Positions 1 through 9,506 of a DNA stretch of 64,000 bases are shown here, one piece after another (the first letter of the stretch is position 1; the number at the start of each line of letters is the position of its first letter). The position numbers and the translations under genes were made by a program. This stretch comes from Porphyridium purpureum (taxonomy: Eukaryota), in NCBI GenBank assembly GCA_008690995.1, contig VRMN01000002.1:310001-374000 (forward strand). The letters run 5' to 3'. The notes beneath the pieces were generated by a model. That model was given only the letters and a program-made list of their open reading frames with translations, was not told the DNA's origin and did no database searches.

Positions 1-494
1 CCGAGCAGCTACACTGCCTGTACGACCGCATAGGGTGTGACCAGGTTGCGCGCATGGAGCTGTATTATCTCAACTGCCAGCGGTTACGCGCCGAGTTCTA
101 CCGGCGGGAACGCGTGGACCTGTGGAAGTATGCGTCGCGGCGCGGGCGGTACCGCGGTGAGGAGCCGCAAGTGGCAGGGCCCGTGGAGGCCAAAGTACAG
201 GATATCATTGCGCAGAACCGGATGCGCATCAACATTGCTCACGAGCGGATAAAGCAAGGCGCGCTGCTGCGCGAGGTGATGCTGACACTGTACACGCTCA
301 GCGACCAGCAGTTGCGCGGGGACTACATGCGCGCGCTGGACTATGAAATGGAGCGCCTGGACCGCCGCATCATTCGCGGCATCTTTGCACTCGGCGTGCT
401 GCTCCTGGCGCTCGCCACCTACTCTCTCCTCCGGTTTCCACCCACGGGCTTTGGCTTGTCCCGCAAGTTTGTCGAGTTCAACAAGAGCGCATGA
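1..494 (+). CDS. Hypothetical protein with a C-terminal hydrophobic segment; probably 5'-truncated by the window
   Basis: The frame of ORF 54..494 is open back to the window start (EQLHCLYDRIGCDQVARM...). It has a C-terminal TM-like stretch IFALGVLLLALATYSLL. No family recognised. Confidence 0.55.
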   Translation, partial: EQLHCLYDRIGCDQVARMELYYLNCQRLRAEFYRRERVDLWKYASRRGRYRGEEPQVAGPVEAKVQDIIAQNRMRINIAHERIKQGALLREVMLTLYTLSDQQLRGDYMRALDYEMERLDRRIIRGIFALGVLLLALATYSLLRFPPTGFGLSRKFVEFNKSA

Positions 495-685
495 CGCGCT
501 GACGAAGTAGGGTTCTGCATTTCATAATAAAAGTGAGTTGTTTTGATAGGAAGATTCGCACTGTGACGCAGCGTGCAGGAATTGGAGCGCGACGCGGGCG
601 AGTGAGTTGAGCGGAACAGAGGCAGGGGAGGAATAAGATTGTACGTTGGAGACGGTTTGCTGCGGTGGATGCGTGAGCTTGAATA

Positions 686-1789
686 ATGCCTGGTCGCGGC
701 GAGGTGGACGCAGGTACTAGGCATGGTGATTCGGGCAGGCAGGCAAAGAAGATGCGCGGCGCGGAGCAGCAGCCATGCGGACCGCAAGTAGTGCAGCTCA
801 ACTCGTTCTTGTGCGCGGGTCAGCTGTTCGCCGGCACGCAGAATATCAACAAGCAGGGCCCGCTGCTCTCTCCGCGCTCGGCCTCGCCAGCGCACTTTTA
901 CAGCCACATCGAGCGCCATTTCCAGCTCGCGCATTTCCAGTCCCCGCGTTCCGTGCTCGCCGCGGCCGCAGCCCGCCGCGCTGATCCGCGCCGTCTGCCG
1001 CGCAGACTCTCGCCTGAGCTGCTGGACGATATACGTGCGCCTTGGAGCCAGCGATATCCGGGAGGATATCCTGGCTCGTCGGAGGTGATTGGTCATCCGC
1101 GAAACTGGGCCCCGCCACCAAACCCCTGGCGCGCGTCGCGTGCCGGAAGCCGCGGCACCGGGACCGGAACCGGGACCGGCAATGTGGCGCGCGCCATTCT
1201 CGAGAATGCGAACGGCGCAGTAGCCGCAAGAGCAGACGCAGGCGTGTCGGACGAGATGTTCAATGATGGCGACGAAGTAATGACATCGAGCGAATGGGCG
1301 GTGAACGTTCGGATTCTGTCCACTGACTACGCGCGCGGAACGCTGTGCGGAGTCATGGAGGCTGTCAACGTTCCAAAGACGCCGTCCCCAGTGCTCACGT
1401 TCTGGGAAGGTGAGATTATTGATAATCGTAATGCCTTCTTTCACACGGGCCGCTGGGACGCGTCGCGTGAGCATGATCTCCAGCACTGGTCCAAGTTTGA
1501 TGCGTTCGCACCGCTGCGCAGCCGCGTGATGCGCGATGGTGGCGTGAATATCGACCTCAGCGACTCGCGTCACGTGTTCATGCGATGGAAAGAAGAATTC
1601 TTTGTGAACGTCGGCCCGGACTGCGGTCTCACGATTGACGGCTTTTATTATCTGTGTCTGGATCGCGAGACTGGCTTTCTGGAAGGGTACTACCACGACC
1701 CGGGCAGCGCACCCTTCCAACGACTGCAGCTGCAGGCCTCCTCAACCGGTCGCGGCGGGTTCGCGTGGGGTGACTTTGAGTTTCTCTAG
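686..1789 (+). CDS. GID4: GID/CTLH E3 ligase substrate receptor GID4 (Vid24 family)
   Basis: Motifs FLCAGQLFAGTQ, VLTFWEGEIID, HWSKF, FMRWKEEFFV, GLTIDGFYY, EGYYHDP and PFQRLQL are characteristic of Vid24/GID4. Confidence 0.9.
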   Translation: MPGRGEVDAGTRHGDSGRQAKKMRGAEQQPCGPQVVQLNSFLCAGQLFAGTQNINKQGPLLSPRSASPAHFYSHIERHFQLAHFQSPRSVLAAAAARRADPRRLPRRLSPELLDDIRAPWSQRYPGGYPGSSEVIGHPRNWAPPPNPWRASRAGSRGTGTGTGTGNVARAILENANGAVAARADAGVSDEMFNDGDEVMTSSEWAVNVRILSTDYARGTLCGVMEAVNVPKTPSPVLTFWEGEIIDNRNAFFHTGRWDASREHDLQHWSKFDAFAPLRSRVMRDGGVNIDLSDSRHVFMRWKEEFFVNVGPDCGLTIDGFYYLCLDRETGFLEGYYHDPGSAPFQRLQLQASSTGRGGFAWGDFEFL

Positions 1790-1860
1790 GTAAAGTCGAG
1801 ACGAGTAAATGCATGCACAAGGAGGAACGATTCTGCGAGCGAGCAGCATAGCGCCAAGGT

Positions 1861-4203
1861 TTATCGCTTGCGTAATTTTCTATCAGAGTTGCCAGTTGGC
1901 GCGCGAGCTTTCTTCGCTTTCCGCTGAAGACTAAAGTCATGCTCACGCTGCGCCAGCTCCTCCTTTCGAGCTTCTTCACGCTGGCGCTTTCCGCGCTCAA
2001 TCTTCTTTAGCTTCTTGTCCGATACATTCGCGCCATTCTTGCTTCCACCCCCAACACTTGACTTTCCGTCACTGCTTTTGCCCGAGGCTGATGCGGGAGC
2101 GCCGCGAGTCAGCGCGTGCTGTTTGGTTAAACTGCGCACCTCGTCCTTTTGTTTCTTGGTCTGGAACCACGTGCGCGCGGGTCGGGATGCAATTTCTTCT
2201 TGATGGACCATCAGGTTGCTAGCCTTGGCGACTTCCATTTCGGCCAGGCGCAACTGCTTTTCATCACGTTCTTCTCTCAGGACTTCGGCCAGCTGCGCAC
2301 CGGCCGCGTCGATCCTTTCGCGCCACTTGTTGGTAACGCTCACCGGCACCGTGCGCTGCGTGAGCTTCTCCAGCGCTCGCTTGTGAATGTCATTCAGCAG
2401 TTTGCGCTCCGAATCCATAATGAGACTCACCGCTCGCCCGCCGCGACCCGCACGGGCCGTTCGGCCAACGCGATGCACGTACTCCTTCACCGTTCTGGGC
2501 ATGTCGTAGTTGATCACAGTTTCGATGCCCACAATATCCAGGCCACGCGCCGCGAGATCTGTACAAAGCAGAAAATCGACATTGCCGTCGCGAAAATTTT
2601 CCAACGACTCGAGCCGCTGCACTTGCGCCAGATTTCCGTGCAGCTCACCTGCCTTGAGTCCAAACAGGCCGAACAAAATTTTGAAGCGGTGCGCCTTGTG
2701 CTTCTGGGCAAAGAAAATGATTGTTTTGGTCCTGAAACTGCGGGAAACAAGAGCCAGCAGAATGGCATCGCGATTCTGCTCATTCTTGCCTCGGATGCGC
2801 ACAAACTCCTGATCTAGCGAGCTGGCCACGTCCATGATTGGGTCCGCAGCGATGCGAATTGGATTATCTAGCGACATGTTCACCAGCCACTCCACCTGTC
2901 CCGTCAGCGTGGCACTGAACAACAAAGTCTGACGCTTCTTTGGGAGGAATCGCAACAGCTCGTCCATCTCGTCCTTGAATCCCATTTCCAGCATTCGGTC
3001 GGCCTCGTCAATCACCAAGACTTCCACGTCTTCCAATGAAAAGCCCTGCGTATTGCGCAAGTGGTCGATGAGCCGACCGGGCGTCGCAACAACAATATCG
3101 GGCTTGCTGCGAAGCTGAACCTCTTGCTCCTTCGACGACAGTCCGCCTACGGTCAGTGCTGCGCGAAGCGCAGTGAATTTGAGCAGGCTCGAGACCACTG
3201 CATGACACTGAATGGCCAGCTCACGACTGGGCAAGAGCATAATCACACGAGTCGCGAGCATGTTTGCCCTAGCACCTTTGGATGCTTGATTCAGTTGAAT
3301 TAGTCGCTCGATGATCGGCAACGCAAATGCGCCGGTCTTTCCTGACCCTGTGACCGCGCTTCCGCACACATCGCGCCCTTCAAGGGCAATGGGAAGCGTT
3401 TTGAGCTGAATGGGGGTCGGCACGTGCCAACCCATCAGCTCGATGGCCTTCAGCAAAGGTTTTGACATCTTCAAATCTGCAAAGGACCGACGCTTCTGCA
3501 TTTGCTTCTTTGCTTCGGCAAGAAGATGCTCCGGGCGTTTATATCGCTCTCGAAATGCATCGTGCGGCTCAGTGTCCTGCTCCGCATCAGATTGGGCGCC
3601 ACTTCCTTCTGTTTGGGCTGTGGTCACGTGGTCAGCGCGCGAGAGCCCTGTGTTTTGCTTGTGTTTGAGGGGCGCTTCATCCGCTTCTCCAGCGTCGTCG
3701 CTATCGCTCTGTGATTCAGATTCTGAGCGGTCCGAGCCACTTTCCGAGTCGTCCTCACTCTCACCACCACTGCTGGTTGTATCCTCTTCGCTATCTGTCG
3801 GTGCGTGCGCCGGGTCCTCGTCTTCAGATGCTGGTCTCTTCCGCCTTTTAGCCGCGGCGTCTGACCCATTCAGCGCCCTCTGAATCTTCTCATCGACGGT
3901 GCTCTGCTTCGCGGACACCGGCAATGCCCACTGCTTCGCTTGTGTCAGATCCCACGCCTTGAGCAGGACCGGGTCGTCTGCTTCCGCAAACGCCAACTCA
4001 TCCGGCGCCTGCGATCCGTCACTCCCTGCGTCAGAACGACTACTCACACTGTGGTCCGACTCATTGCCACCCGCGCCCAGCTCGGGCAGCACCACAAACC
4101 CATCGACTTCTTTGTAAGTCATTGCCGCTGCCGCTGCCGCCGTCGCCAATACCGTCGCGTGTGCCGCTTCCGCTGATGCTCTAGCTACTGCTGCAGTCGC
4201 CAT
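1861..4203 (-). CDS. DDX27: DEAD-box RNA helicase DDX27/DRS1 (60S biogenesis)
   Basis: Motifs PTPIQ, AVTGSGKT, PSRELA, TPGRLIDH, DEAD, SAT, ARGLD and HRVGRTARAG; DRS1-type C-terminal RPARTWFQ; acidic N-terminus. The first ATG is at 4203 (the ORF track starts at a GTG at 4227). Confidence 0.9.
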   Translation of the reverse strand: MATAAVARASAEAAHATVLATAAAAAAMTYKEVDGFVVLPELGAGGNESDHSVSSRSDAGSDGSQAPDELAFAEADDPVLLKAWDLTQAKQWALPVSAKQSTVDEKIQRALNGSDAAAKRRKRPASEDEDPAHAPTDSEEDTTSSGGESEDDSESGSDRSESESQSDSDDAGEADEAPLKHKQNTGLSRADHVTTAQTEGSGAQSDAEQDTEPHDAFRERYKRPEHLLAEAKKQMQKRRSFADLKMSKPLLKAIELMGWHVPTPIQLKTLPIALEGRDVCGSAVTGSGKTGAFALPIIERLIQLNQASKGARANMLATRVIMLLPSRELAIQCHAVVSSLLKFTALRAALTVGGLSSKEQEVQLRSKPDIVVATPGRLIDHLRNTQGFSLEDVEVLVIDEADRMLEMGFKDEMDELLRFLPKKRQTLLFSATLTGQVEWLVNMSLDNPIRIAADPIMDVASSLDQEFVRIRGKNEQNRDAILLALVSRSFRTKTIIFFAQKHKAHRFKILFGLFGLKAGELHGNLAQVQRLESLENFRDGNVDFLLCTDLAARGLDIVGIETVINYDMPRTVKEYVHRVGRTARAGRGGRAVSLIMDSERKLLNDIHKRALEKLTQRTVPVSVTNKWRERIDAAGAQLAEVLREERDEKQLRLAEMEVAKASNLMVHQEEIASRPARTWFQTKKQKDEVRSLTKQHALTRGAPASASGKSSDGKSSVGGGSKNGANVSDKKLKKIERGKRQREEARKEELAQREHDFSLQRKAKKARAPTGNSDRKLRKR

Positions 4204-4257
4204 TCGCTCTTCGTCCTGCCTCTGCACACGCCGCCACGTCCCCCGCGCACGACGTCA

Positions 4258-4571
4258 CGTGGGAACGATGAGGTCCCGCTGAACCGCGGACTCCCGTGTT
4301 CACTTGGCCGGCGGTGCGGCATAAGTACGTTCTGTGGAGCGGCCGGGTCCCGGCCGGATAACTAGCGAAGGTAAGAGACTCTTTAGCGTGGTGAGGTAAA
4401 GGTTCGTCGTTTATTCGGAGCGATAGGGAGCCGGCGCAGAATCGTCTGCGCGCCTCGAAGAGTCCGCCATATTAGTGGCCCACGTGTTGCACGTTTCGCC
4501 GTGCGCACCCGCACCCCTTTCGGGCGTAGCATCGATCTTTCTCGGCCGATCCCTTGGAGCACCTCTCCAAG
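4258..4571 (+). repeat. 5' LTR (314 bp, CG...AG termini)
   Basis: Direct repeat of 9507-9820; left boundary set by the TSD CGTCA, right boundary by the PBS. Confidence 0.93.
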
Positions 4572-4586
4572 GGTTATGAGCCCAGC
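4572..4586 (+). promoter_or_regulatory. Primer-binding site for a half initiator-Met tRNA (Hemivirus/Ty5/copia type)
   Basis: GGTTATGAGCCCAGC directly abuts the LTR. It is complementary to the tRNAiMet anticodon arm (GCUGGGCUCAUAACC), as in yeast Ty5 and Drosophila copia. Confidence 0.85.
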
Positions 4587-4868
4587 GGCGGAAGCCGTCT
4601 GCGCGGATATTGATCACATGCTTAACTTCGTGTTCGCTTGATCGGTCGTGGGTTTATTTGGTTTGTATCATCTTTGCTTCGGGGAGTTGGCTCGTGTGGA
4701 ACGTCGGGTGTCAACTTCGGACGCGGTCGTTGTGTCTCGCTTGACATCGACCCCAACCGCGATACGGAGCTCGTGAGTGATAGAATCAAGAAGCGAAACA
4801 GTCCATCGCCGGGACCATCACGAGATCGTCGCGCCAGGAGGCGGACCTCGTGATCACGACTGTCGGTC

Positions 4869-7800
4869 ATGGACGACCGTGAGCAGGAGCAGTCACGTCT
4901 GCGCGCAATTATGGCAGCGAGACAGCAATCGTTGGAAGCACAACCTCTGCAGCAGGGTGGAGGTACGCAAGGCAATGCACAGGCTGGTCCATCGCCGACC
5001 GAGTTTGACATGTTGATGGCCAGGGTGAGAGCGGAATTATCCGCCGACTTACGCATGGCACAGCAGCGCATTGAGGGTCTGGAGAGCGATTTGGCGCACG
5101 AAAGAGCAGCGCGATCGGCTTTGGCGTCCGCGGGCGCGGGGCAGGTGGTTCATCAGCGGGGAAAGTTGCTTGAACCTGCACGTATGCCGGCGTATGACGG
5201 GAAAAGAGACCTAGTAAAGATCCTGACGTGGATTTCGGCGGCTCGCGACCGAGTGGTTGAGCCGTACAAGGACGAAGTCGCGGCGGTTGGCGAATCTTGG
5301 GACGACGCAGCCGAAAAGAGGGTCGTTCGAAACCTCGCTGGGTTCCTGACGGATGACGCGCAGTTGTGGTGGATTCGCCTGAGGGAGCAGCCGTTCACGG
5401 TTGAAGCATTTCTAGCCGCGCTCGAGATGCGGTTCGCCCCGGTGAACCCAGGCGCTCGGGCTAGAGATGAGCTGTTCGCGTTGGAGCAGAATGGCACGAG
5501 CGTGGAAGAGTATACAAATACTTTCTCCTCGCTCTGTCTGCGCATTGAAGACGCCACAGAGTCTGAATTGTTCGACAAGTACAAGCGAGGGCTTGACAAG
5601 GACATTAGGGTGCAAACCGAACTTAAGGGCACATCCAGCTTGGAAGAAGTTATCCGCGTAGCTTCGGAGATCGATGCCATCATGCACCCGGAACGCGCCC
5701 GGACTGCCAAGAAAGGGCAGACGCCCTACGGGGACGGACCGGCTCCCATGGAGCTGGGCTCCGCTGAGCGCGGCGGGAAAAGCGTAGGTGCTGGCAGCGG
5801 CGGTAAAAGAAAGAGTGGTCGAAAGAAGTGGAAGGCTCGGGACAGCGGGAGGAGAGATGGTCTGAAAAAGGATCAATGCGCCAACTGCAAACGCATAGGG
5901 CATTGGAAAAAGGATTGCCCGGAGCTCGCCGCACAGGCGGCTGAGCTGGAACTACTCACTGCGAGCACCAGACCAAAAGTCGAGAGGCTTGTGAAGAGAA
6001 AAATGTGGGTGAATGGTCACCAAGTCGACGCAGTGTTTGATACAGGCGCGACGAACACATATGCTTCGCTCGCTTTCTGTGAGAAAATTGGTGTGGCGGT
6101 GGACCGGCGCGCTGCCGTGGGAGGAGTTCGCTTGGCGGATGGTACCATGTGCAGGCCCGAAGGGACCGCGCGCCTGACGTTGAGAATGCATGGGGCTCGG
6201 GATGCAAAGTTGTCCGCGGTGGTACACAGAGCGCGTCACGAGCTCATAGTGGGCCTGGACTGGCTGAGGGCGCAGAAGGCGCATTTGTCCGTGGGAGGCA
6301 TGGAACTACTCAGCACGGATGCGGAGAAAATCAATGAGAAGCCCAATGAGCCAATTAGAGCCACAGAGCCGGTGAGGGTTCTAGACCACGACCTTTTGCA
6401 TATGCCTGCGAAGGAAGATTGTGGGATTTGTGCCCTGGGCAAAATACAGAGAGTGCGCGCGGTGCGTCGCAAAGAGAGTGACTCCAATGCAATCATCGGC
6501 TTTAATGAGGCCGTCTCCATTGATCTCGTGGACCCCTCCTCGGTTGGTGTGGATGGGACGAGATGGGTTCTGGTACACAAAGACATCGGAACGGGCTGGG
6601 TCTCTGTGACGGGCCTGAGGAATAAACTCGCCGACACGGCCTCGTTCGCGTTTCGAGAGATACAGCGGGGCCGCGGTTGGCCTCGGCTGGTGAAAAGCGA
6701 TGGCGGCGGAGAATTTGGAGGTGTTTTCGAAGACATGCTCCGAGACCACCTGGTTGCCCACGAAAAGGGCATAGCGAGGCGTTCAAACACGCATGCCAGT
6801 CAAGAGAGGCTTCACAGGGACATGAATGCGACGGTGAGGGCGCTTCTGATCCAGTCCGGGTTGCCATCGTCATGGTTCTGCTTCGCGGCTCGGTATTGGG
6901 CGGATGCTCGAAATCTCGTTTGGGCTGGGCGCGGAGGCGGTGCCACCGCGTACGAGAAACGATTCAATACTAAATGGAAATTGGAGCTGCCTGCGTTTGG
7001 CCGGGGCGTCGTAGTTTACGACGAGGCTTCCGACAAGAATGAACCGAAGGGCTCTGTCGCAATCGTGGTCGGTTTTCGGATACCAGAATCAGCAGTCATC
7101 AAACAACGACTGAATTGCCTGGTGATCCCTGTTTCAGATATGAGGCCGGCAGCGGCGCGATGGGTACAAGAATGGAAACTGCTCAAAGAAAAGTATCCCG
7201 TCGTAAGAAAACAGCTCAGGCCCGTTGAAGAAGAATTCGCCCGCCCGCCGGACCCTAAACCAGTTGCTGACGACGAGGGGCAGCAGTACCCTGGAAGCGG
7301 TAGGAATGATAAGAGCGACGAGACCGGCGAGACCTCGGAAACCGAGACGCCGGCCGACCCAAGAGAGAAAAGTAATGAGATTGAAACAGGTTTCAAAGAA
7401 TGCGTACGTGCAAACGGAACAGAAGCGCCTCCGACGGGGCCGCTCGCGACAGTAGACGGTCGATCGCGAAAGGGCTCGTGGAGCAGCGAGCAAATTGCGG
7501 CTATTTCGGGCGGCTTCACACGACTGGGTCCAAAGTGGTCGCAAATTATCAAAGAGAGTAAGGCCGCCTTGGCTGGTAAAACAGCGAAAGACGTGCGCTC
7601 GAAAGCGCAGGCGCTCGGATTGCTCGGCTCACAAGCCCAAGGTCTTGGCGAACACAGGCGCGGGAGGAGCGGGGCCTTGCGGCGCGCGAGGGTGAAGTTC
7701 GTAGAAGTTGCGGAAAAAGGGGTGTCGGCGCGGGCAGAGAAGGTCAGCGTGCCTCTTGCCGGAGCGACGGCCTTAGTTCAAGAGCTGCTGGTAACGCAGG

Positions 7801-9461
7801 TGATCGAATCCAAGAGTGCCATGGCCTCGAGTGCCGGTCGCGATGCTTTTGTCCGCGAGTTGACCGCGTTGAGAAGCGTCGGCGCGCTTCCGCTGGAGAA
7901 AGCGGTCGAGCGCAGAACGGCGACGCGAACGCCGCACGCACAGTTTGTGAAGCTGAAGGCCGTGTTCGGAATCAAAAATGCCGAACTAGGGCCCAGCGCG
8001 TGGAAACACAAGTGCCGACTTGTGTGTCAAGGGTGCGTGGTTAGAGACGCAACCGGAACCCTGGTTGTGAACCCATTTGATTGGGAGAAGCCGCCTGGTT
8101 TAGTAGCCATCAGGGCCGCATTAAGCGCAGCGCTGTTGGAGCACGGAGAACACGCTGACGCTGCGTTCTTCGACGTGGACAACGCATACGTACACGCGCC
8201 CCTCGGGGGTCCTCCGACATTCGTCGAATTAGCCGGTCTTACTCGCTGGTTGAGAGGTTGCATACCGTCCAGTCTGTCGTCAAAGCTCGAAGCCATGGAG
8301 AGGCCCGTCGTCAGGCTGCCCATGGCGCTGTATGGCTTGCCACGCAGCGGAAGCGACTTTGGAGCTCACGCACGGTCAAGACTTGAAGGTCTGGGTTGGA
8401 AAGAATCCGCCTCAGATAAGAACGTATACTGGAGAAAGCGTCTGGGTAAGACGGAATGGACAGTCCTATACGTTGATGATGGGGCGGTTTTCGGTGACAG
8501 TGGGGCAATACGGGAGGCGGTTGCGGAGATGAAAAAGGAGTTCTCCATCACCCGCGCGGTTGAATACATGCGCGAAGCGACAAAAGAAAACCCTGTGCGG
8601 TTCCTGGGCATCGGGTTCTATGTCGACAAAGACATGGACGGTGCCTGGGTGATGAGTTCACGAGAGTATGCACGGCATATGCTAGCAGACGGTCAAGAGA
8701 GGCAGGCGCGAAAGACTCCGATGTCTTGTAAGCCTGAGCCCGACAGAGATGGCGAGGTCTGTGACAAGAGCGTAAGACGCACCTTGGGGCGTATTTTGTG
8801 GCTGGTTCGGACAACCAGGCCAGATCTGGCATTCGCAGTTGGTACGGTAGCGCGCTGCACGGATCGCTGGGGTGAAGAAGCCGAAAAGGGCCTGAACGAC
8901 ATCATGCGGTACCTGCAGGGCAGTGCCGATGCGGTGTTGGTGTTTCGCGTGCCACCTCTTTCGGGTGCCGGCAGGGCCTTGCCTGTGTCTGTATCTTGTT
9001 ATACTGACGCAGACTTCAGCGCAGAGAGGTCGACTAGCGGCGTGTGCACTTTTTTTGTTGGTAAGAATACGAGACACCTTGTGGACTGGTCAAGTGGGCG
9101 GCAACGCCGGACCGCGACCTCAACCGCCGAGGCGGAACTGATCGCTGCACATACAGCAGTGCAGTATCGTGTCTTTCCGCTGGGCGTGTTTATCGAAGAA
9201 TGGCACAATGCATGGCCAAAGGTGGCCATGTATGTCGACAATGAGACCGCGCTAAACGCGATCAACAAGGGATGGAGCGACAAGATGTTGCATCTTCACA
9301 AGATGCAGAAAATCAGCCTGAAATGGCTGAACGAAGTGTCCAAGGACGGCCTGGCAGACTTCGTGCACGTGAACAGCAAAGACAATCTTGCAGACGGTTT
9401 GACGAAGAATCTCGCAGTCGACTCGTTCCAAAAGCAACGCCATGGTTGGTGCGTCGTCTGA
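4869..9461 (+). CDS. Gag-Pol polyprotein: Gag, CCHC knuckle, protease, integrase, Myb-like domain, RT, RNase H
   Basis: Knuckle CANCKRIGHWKKDC; protease FDTGAT; zinc motif HDLLHMPAKEDCGIC; integrase D (SIDL), D (KSDGGGEF), E (SQERLH); RT FDVDNAY, ALYGLPRSG, YVDD; RNase H YTDADF, STAEAE, YVDN, NLADGLTK. Confidence 0.95.
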   Translation: MDDREQEQSRLRAIMAARQQSLEAQPLQQGGGTQGNAQAGPSPTEFDMLMARVRAELSADLRMAQQRIEGLESDLAHERAARSALASAGAGQVVHQRGKLLEPARMPAYDGKRDLVKILTWISAARDRVVEPYKDEVAAVGESWDDAAEKRVVRNLAGFLTDDAQLWWIRLREQPFTVEAFLAALEMRFAPVNPGARARDELFALEQNGTSVEEYTNTFSSLCLRIEDATESELFDKYKRGLDKDIRVQTELKGTSSLEEVIRVASEIDAIMHPERARTAKKGQTPYGDGPAPMELGSAERGGKSVGAGSGGKRKSGRKKWKARDSGRRDGLKKDQCANCKRIGHWKKDCPELAAQAAELELLTASTRPKVERLVKRKMWVNGHQVDAVFDTGATNTYASLAFCEKIGVAVDRRAAVGGVRLADGTMCRPEGTARLTLRMHGARDAKLSAVVHRARHELIVGLDWLRAQKAHLSVGGMELLSTDAEKINEKPNEPIRATEPVRVLDHDLLHMPAKEDCGICALGKIQRVRAVRRKESDSNAIIGFNEAVSIDLVDPSSVGVDGTRWVLVHKDIGTGWVSVTGLRNKLADTASFAFREIQRGRGWPRLVKSDGGGEFGGVFEDMLRDHLVAHEKGIARRSNTHASQERLHRDMNATVRALLIQSGLPSSWFCFAARYWADARNLVWAGRGGGATAYEKRFNTKWKLELPAFGRGVVVYDEASDKNEPKGSVAIVVGFRIPESAVIKQRLNCLVIPVSDMRPAAARWVQEWKLLKEKYPVVRKQLRPVEEEFARPPDPKPVADDEGQQYPGSGRNDKSDETGETSETETPADPREKSNEIETGFKECVRANGTEAPPTGPLATVDGRSRKGSWSSEQIAAISGGFTRLGPKWSQIIKESKAALAGKTAKDVRSKAQALGLLGSQAQGLGEHRRGRSGALRRARVKFVEVAEKGVSARAEKVSVPLAGATALVQELLVTQVIESKSAMASSAGRDAFVRELTALRSVGALPLEKAVERRTATRTPHAQFVKLKAVFGIKNAELGPSAWKHKCRLVCQGCVVRDATGTLVVNPFDWEKPPGLVAIRAALSAALLEHGEHADAAFFDVDNAYVHAPLGGPPTFVELAGLTRWLRGCIPSSLSSKLEAMERPVVRLPMALYGLPRSGSDFGAHARSRLEGLGWKESASDKNVYWRKRLGKTEWTVLYVDDGAVFGDSGAIREAVAEMKKEFSITRAVEYMREATKENPVRFLGIGFYVDKDMDGAWVMSSREYARHMLADGQERQARKTPMSCKPEPDRDGEVCDKSVRRTLGRILWLVRTTRPDLAFAVGTVARCTDRWGEEAEKGLNDIMRYLQGSADAVLVFRVPPLSGAGRALPVSVSCYTDADFSAERSTSGVCTFFVGKNTRHLVDWSSGRQRRTATSTAEAELIAAHTAVQYRVFPLGVFIEEWHNAWPKVAMYVDNETALNAINKGWSDKMLHLHKMQKISLKWLNEVSKDGLADFVHVNSKDNLADGLTKNLAVDSFQKQRHGWCVV

Positions 9462-9506
9462 ACCTCGAGACAGATTGGAGTCCGGCGATTTGCGCGTGAG
9501 GAGGCG

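Noticed and set aside
419..1720. Long antisense ORFs (e.g. 419-1720, 20516-21655, 29591-30697, 36393-37214)
   Set aside because: Shadows of real genes in GC-rich DNA; no recognisable motifs.
4340..4451. Short perfect hairpins in the Copia LTR (CGGCCGGG-T-CCCGGCCG; GCGCAGA-ATCG-TCTGCGC)
   Set aside because: Real but short and GC-rich; no evidence of function without comparative data.
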